From: Actinomycetes bacterium
GTDB taxonomy: Bacteria; Actinomycetota; Actinomycetes; S36-B12; UBA10799
Direction: 5' to 3'
Assembly: GCA_037133175.1 (NCBI GenBank)
Contig: JBAXOQ010000001.1
Coordinates: 1 to 48,513 of the forward strand
Length of the DNA: 48,513 nucleotides
Position 1 is the stretch's first letter. Each line of letters opens with the position of its first letter. The translations under genes and the position numbers were made by a program. Below, in pieces: positions 46,200 to 48,513 of this stretch. The notes under the pieces are model-generated. The model searched no databases, was not told the origin of the DNA, and saw only the letters and a list, made by a program, of their open reading frames with translations.

Positions 46200-48050
46200 A
46201 TGTGCGGAATCGTTGGGTACGTCGGGCGTAACCAGGCTCTTGGTGTTGTCGTCGAAGGCTTGCGGAGACTGGAATACCGGGGTTACGACTCCGCCGGGAT
46301 TGCGTTGCTGTGTGACGACGGGCTGCAGTCTCGCAAGCGGGCCGGCAAGCTCGCGAACCTTGAGGCGCTGATCGAGGCCGACCCGATGGACCCCAGTCAT
46401 ACCGGCATCGGCCATACCCGTTGGGCCACTCACGGTGCGCCCAACGATCTCAATGCCCATCCCCACATCAGCGAGGACGGGCGCGGGGCGATCATCCACA
46501 ACGGAATCATCGAGAATTTCGCCGAGCTGCGTGCGGACCTGCAGGCAGCAGGGGTGACGTTGCTGTCCGAGACCGACTCAGAAGTGGTGGCGCACCTGGT
46601 TGCCGCCGAACTGGCAGCAGACCCGAGCGATTTGGCTGACGCCGTTCGCCGGGTGTGTCGGCAATTGACCGGAGCCTTCACTCTGGTCGTCATCCACACG
46701 GATTTCCCGGATCAGGTCGTCGGAGCGCGTCGCAACAGTCCACTGGTTGTCGGGGTTGGCGAGGGAGAGAATTTCCTGGCTTCCGATGTGTCGGCCTTCA
46801 TCGCTCACACCCGGGAGGCGATCGAGCTCGGCCAGGATCAGGTGGTGGTGCTCACACCGGACGCCGTCGAAGTCACCGATTTCAACGGTGAACCCGCGCC
46901 AGTCACTCCGTACACGGTCACCTGGGATGCATCAGCCGCGGAGAAGGGCGGCTATGACCTGTTCATGCTCAAGGAGATCGCCGAGCAGCCCAAGGCGGTG
47001 GCCGATACGTTGCTGGGTCGGGTCAATCCCGACGGCACGCTGAACCTGGACTCTATGGGTCTGACGGACTTCGAACTCCGGGTGATCGACAAGATCGTCA
47101 TCGTCGCCTGCGGCACTGCGTATCACTCCGGCATGATCGCCAAGTATGCGATCGAGCACTGGACGAGGATTCCGTGCGAGGTTGAACTGGCCAGTGAGTT
47201 CCGGTACCGCGACCCGATTCTGGACCCGAGAACCTTGGTGATAGCGATCTCCCAGTCCGGCGAGACCATGGACACGCTGATGGCTCTGCGGCATGCACGC
47301 GAACAGAAATGCAAGGTGCTGGCGATCTGCAACACGCAGGGGTCGACGATTCCGCGGGAGTGTGACGCCGCTCTCTACACGCATGCCGGTCCGGAGATCG
47401 CGGTCGCTTCGACCAAGGCGTTCTTGACCCAGGTGGTCGCGTGCTATCTGGTGGCGCTGTACATAGCGCAGGTGCGAGGACACATCTACGGGGATGACAC
47501 GCGCACGGTGGTGGCCGAACTTGCGGATATGCCGAGCAAGGTGGACTTGGTGCTGGACACCACTGATGGCGTCCGTGACATCGCCCTGCAGTTCGCGGCG
47601 GCTCGCAGCGTGCTGTTCATCGGCCGCCATGTCGGCTTCCCCGTTGCCCTCGAGGGCGCGCTCAAACTCAAGGAACTCGCGTACATGCACGCCGAGGGTT
47701 TTGCGGCCGGAGAGCTCAAGCATGGTCCGATCGCGCTGATCGAAGAGGGCATGCCGGTTGTCGTTGTGGTTGGTCCCCCCGATGCCGATGATGTGCTGCA
47801 CGAGAAGATCGTGTCGAACATCCAGGAAGTGCGGGCTCGCGGTGCACGCACGATCGTCATCGCCCAGGAGGGTGACGAGTCAGTGGTCCCGTATTCGGAC
47901 TACCTGATCCGGGTGCCTGCCTGCCCGACGCTGATGCAGCCACTGGTCGCCACGGTGCCGCTGCAGGTGTTCGCCTGCGAACTCGCGACTCTCAAGGGCC
48001 ACGACGTCGACCAACCACGCAACCTCGCCAAGTCCGTCACCGTCGAGTGA
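46200..48050 (+). CDS. glmS: Glutamine--fructose-6-phosphate aminotransferase
   Basis: 616 aa. N-terminal MCGIVGYVG (Ntn Cys) and C-terminal ...KSVTVE. Confidence 0.96.
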   Translation: MCGIVGYVGRNQALGVVVEGLRRLEYRGYDSAGIALLCDDGLQSRKRAGKLANLEALIEADPMDPSHTGIGHTRWATHGAPNDLNAHPHISEDGRGAIIHNGIIENFAELRADLQAAGVTLLSETDSEVVAHLVAAELAADPSDLADAVRRVCRQLTGAFTLVVIHTDFPDQVVGARRNSPLVVGVGEGENFLASDVSAFIAHTREAIELGQDQVVVLTPDAVEVTDFNGEPAPVTPYTVTWDASAAEKGGYDLFMLKEIAEQPKAVADTLLGRVNPDGTLNLDSMGLTDFELRVIDKIVIVACGTAYHSGMIAKYAIEHWTRIPCEVELASEFRYRDPILDPRTLVIAISQSGETMDTLMALRHAREQKCKVLAICNTQGSTIPRECDAALYTHAGPEIAVASTKAFLTQVVACYLVALYIAQVRGHIYGDDTRTVVAELADMPSKVDLVLDTTDGVRDIALQFAAARSVLFIGRHVGFPVALEGALKLKELAYMHAEGFAAGELKHGPIALIEEGMPVVVVVGPPDADDVLHEKIVSNIQEVRARGARTIVIAQEGDESVVPYSDYLIRVPACPTLMQPLVATVPLQVFACELATLKGHDVDQPRNLAKSVTVE

Positions 48051-48418
48051 TCGTTGGGATCGGCGTTGACATCGTTGATGTGCAGCGCTGGACGGCCATG
48101 GCGACGCGCACCCCGGGGCTGATCGACAGAACGCTGACTGACACCGAGCGCGTTGACGCCGGTGGGCGGGCGCGCACTGCCGAATCGCTTGCGGCGCGGT
48201 TCGCGGTCAAGGAAGCCGTCGCCAAGGCACTGGGTTCCCCGGCTGGCCTGGCATGGCACGACTGCGTGGTCGAGCAGACCGAATCAGGCCAACCCACGGT
48301 CAGACTCCTAGGTTCTGTCGCCGGGGCTGCATCGCAGTTGGGTATCGATCGTTGGCACGTGTCGATCAGCCATGACGCCGCTCTGGCCATCGCCTACGTT
48401 GTTGCCGAATCCCTCTGA
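48047..48418 (+). CDS. acpS: Holo-[acyl-carrier-protein] synthase
   Basis: 123 aa. GTGA overlap with the glmS stop. MIVGIGVDIVDV..., FAVKEAVAKALG. Confidence 0.9.
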   Translation: MIVGIGVDIVDVQRWTAMATRTPGLIDRTLTDTERVDAGGRARTAESLAARFAVKEAVAKALGSPAGLAWHDCVVEQTESGQPTVRLLGSVAGAASQLGIDRWHVSISHDAALAIAYVVAESL

Positions 48419-48448
48419 CCCTCCGGCGCCTAACCGCTGCCTCCCGCC

Positions 48449-48510
48449 GTTGACTGCGAAGTTGTCGCCGTTTTCGATCACCAAGACCGGGCCACAACTT
48501 CGCAGTCAAC
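48449..48510 (+). repeat. Palindromic intergenic element, family 1, copy C (after acpS)
   Basis: Perfect 17-nt arms: GTTGACTGCGAAGTTGT (48449-48465) and ACAACTTCGCAGTCAAC (48494-48510). The loop contains TTTTCGATCA. The last 28 nt of the window (48486-48513) are identical to 36659-36686. Confidence 0.85.
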
Positions 48511-48513
48511 GAG

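Overview
High-GC actinobacterial-type chromosomal segment. Hand counts of single 60-nt rows gave about 60-73% GC in housekeeping genes. Almost the whole window is the conserved translation/transcription core, and all of it is on the + strand except two genes. In order: a fabG-like SDR, two MaoC/hotdog dehydratase genes and murB; a small lower-GC three-gene cassette; aspC (-); tRNA-Trp; secE-nusG; rplK-rplA; rplJ-rplL; rpoB-rpoC; a Pro/Tyr-rich DUF4190-like membrane protein; rpsL-rpsG-fusA-tuf; the S10, spc and alpha ribosomal-protein operons (rpsJ through rplQ, including secY, adk, map, infA, rpmJ, rpoA); truA; an EamA-type transporter (-); rplM-rpsI; glmM; glmS; acpS. Several ORF-track starts were trimmed to the conserved N-termini with visible Shine-Dalgarno sequences. 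I see no CRISPR array, IS element, rRNA or recognisable defence system. I cannot support a large novel system here. Four things deserve a second look. (1) A translationally coupled three-gene cassette at 3526-4495 (unknown small protein, DUF4258-like, DUF2283-like) forms a lower-GC islet in a conserved neighbourhood. (2) Two families of long palindromic intergenic elements sit at operon ends. Family 1 is at 10789, 36622 and 48449 and shows covarying stem positions. Family 2 is at 9230 and 44674. (3) A 38-nt unit is duplicated at 60-nt spacing in the rpoB-rpoC spacer. (4) Short tandem duplications recur in many r-protein spacers. All family names are assigned from motifs read by eye, and no database search was possible.
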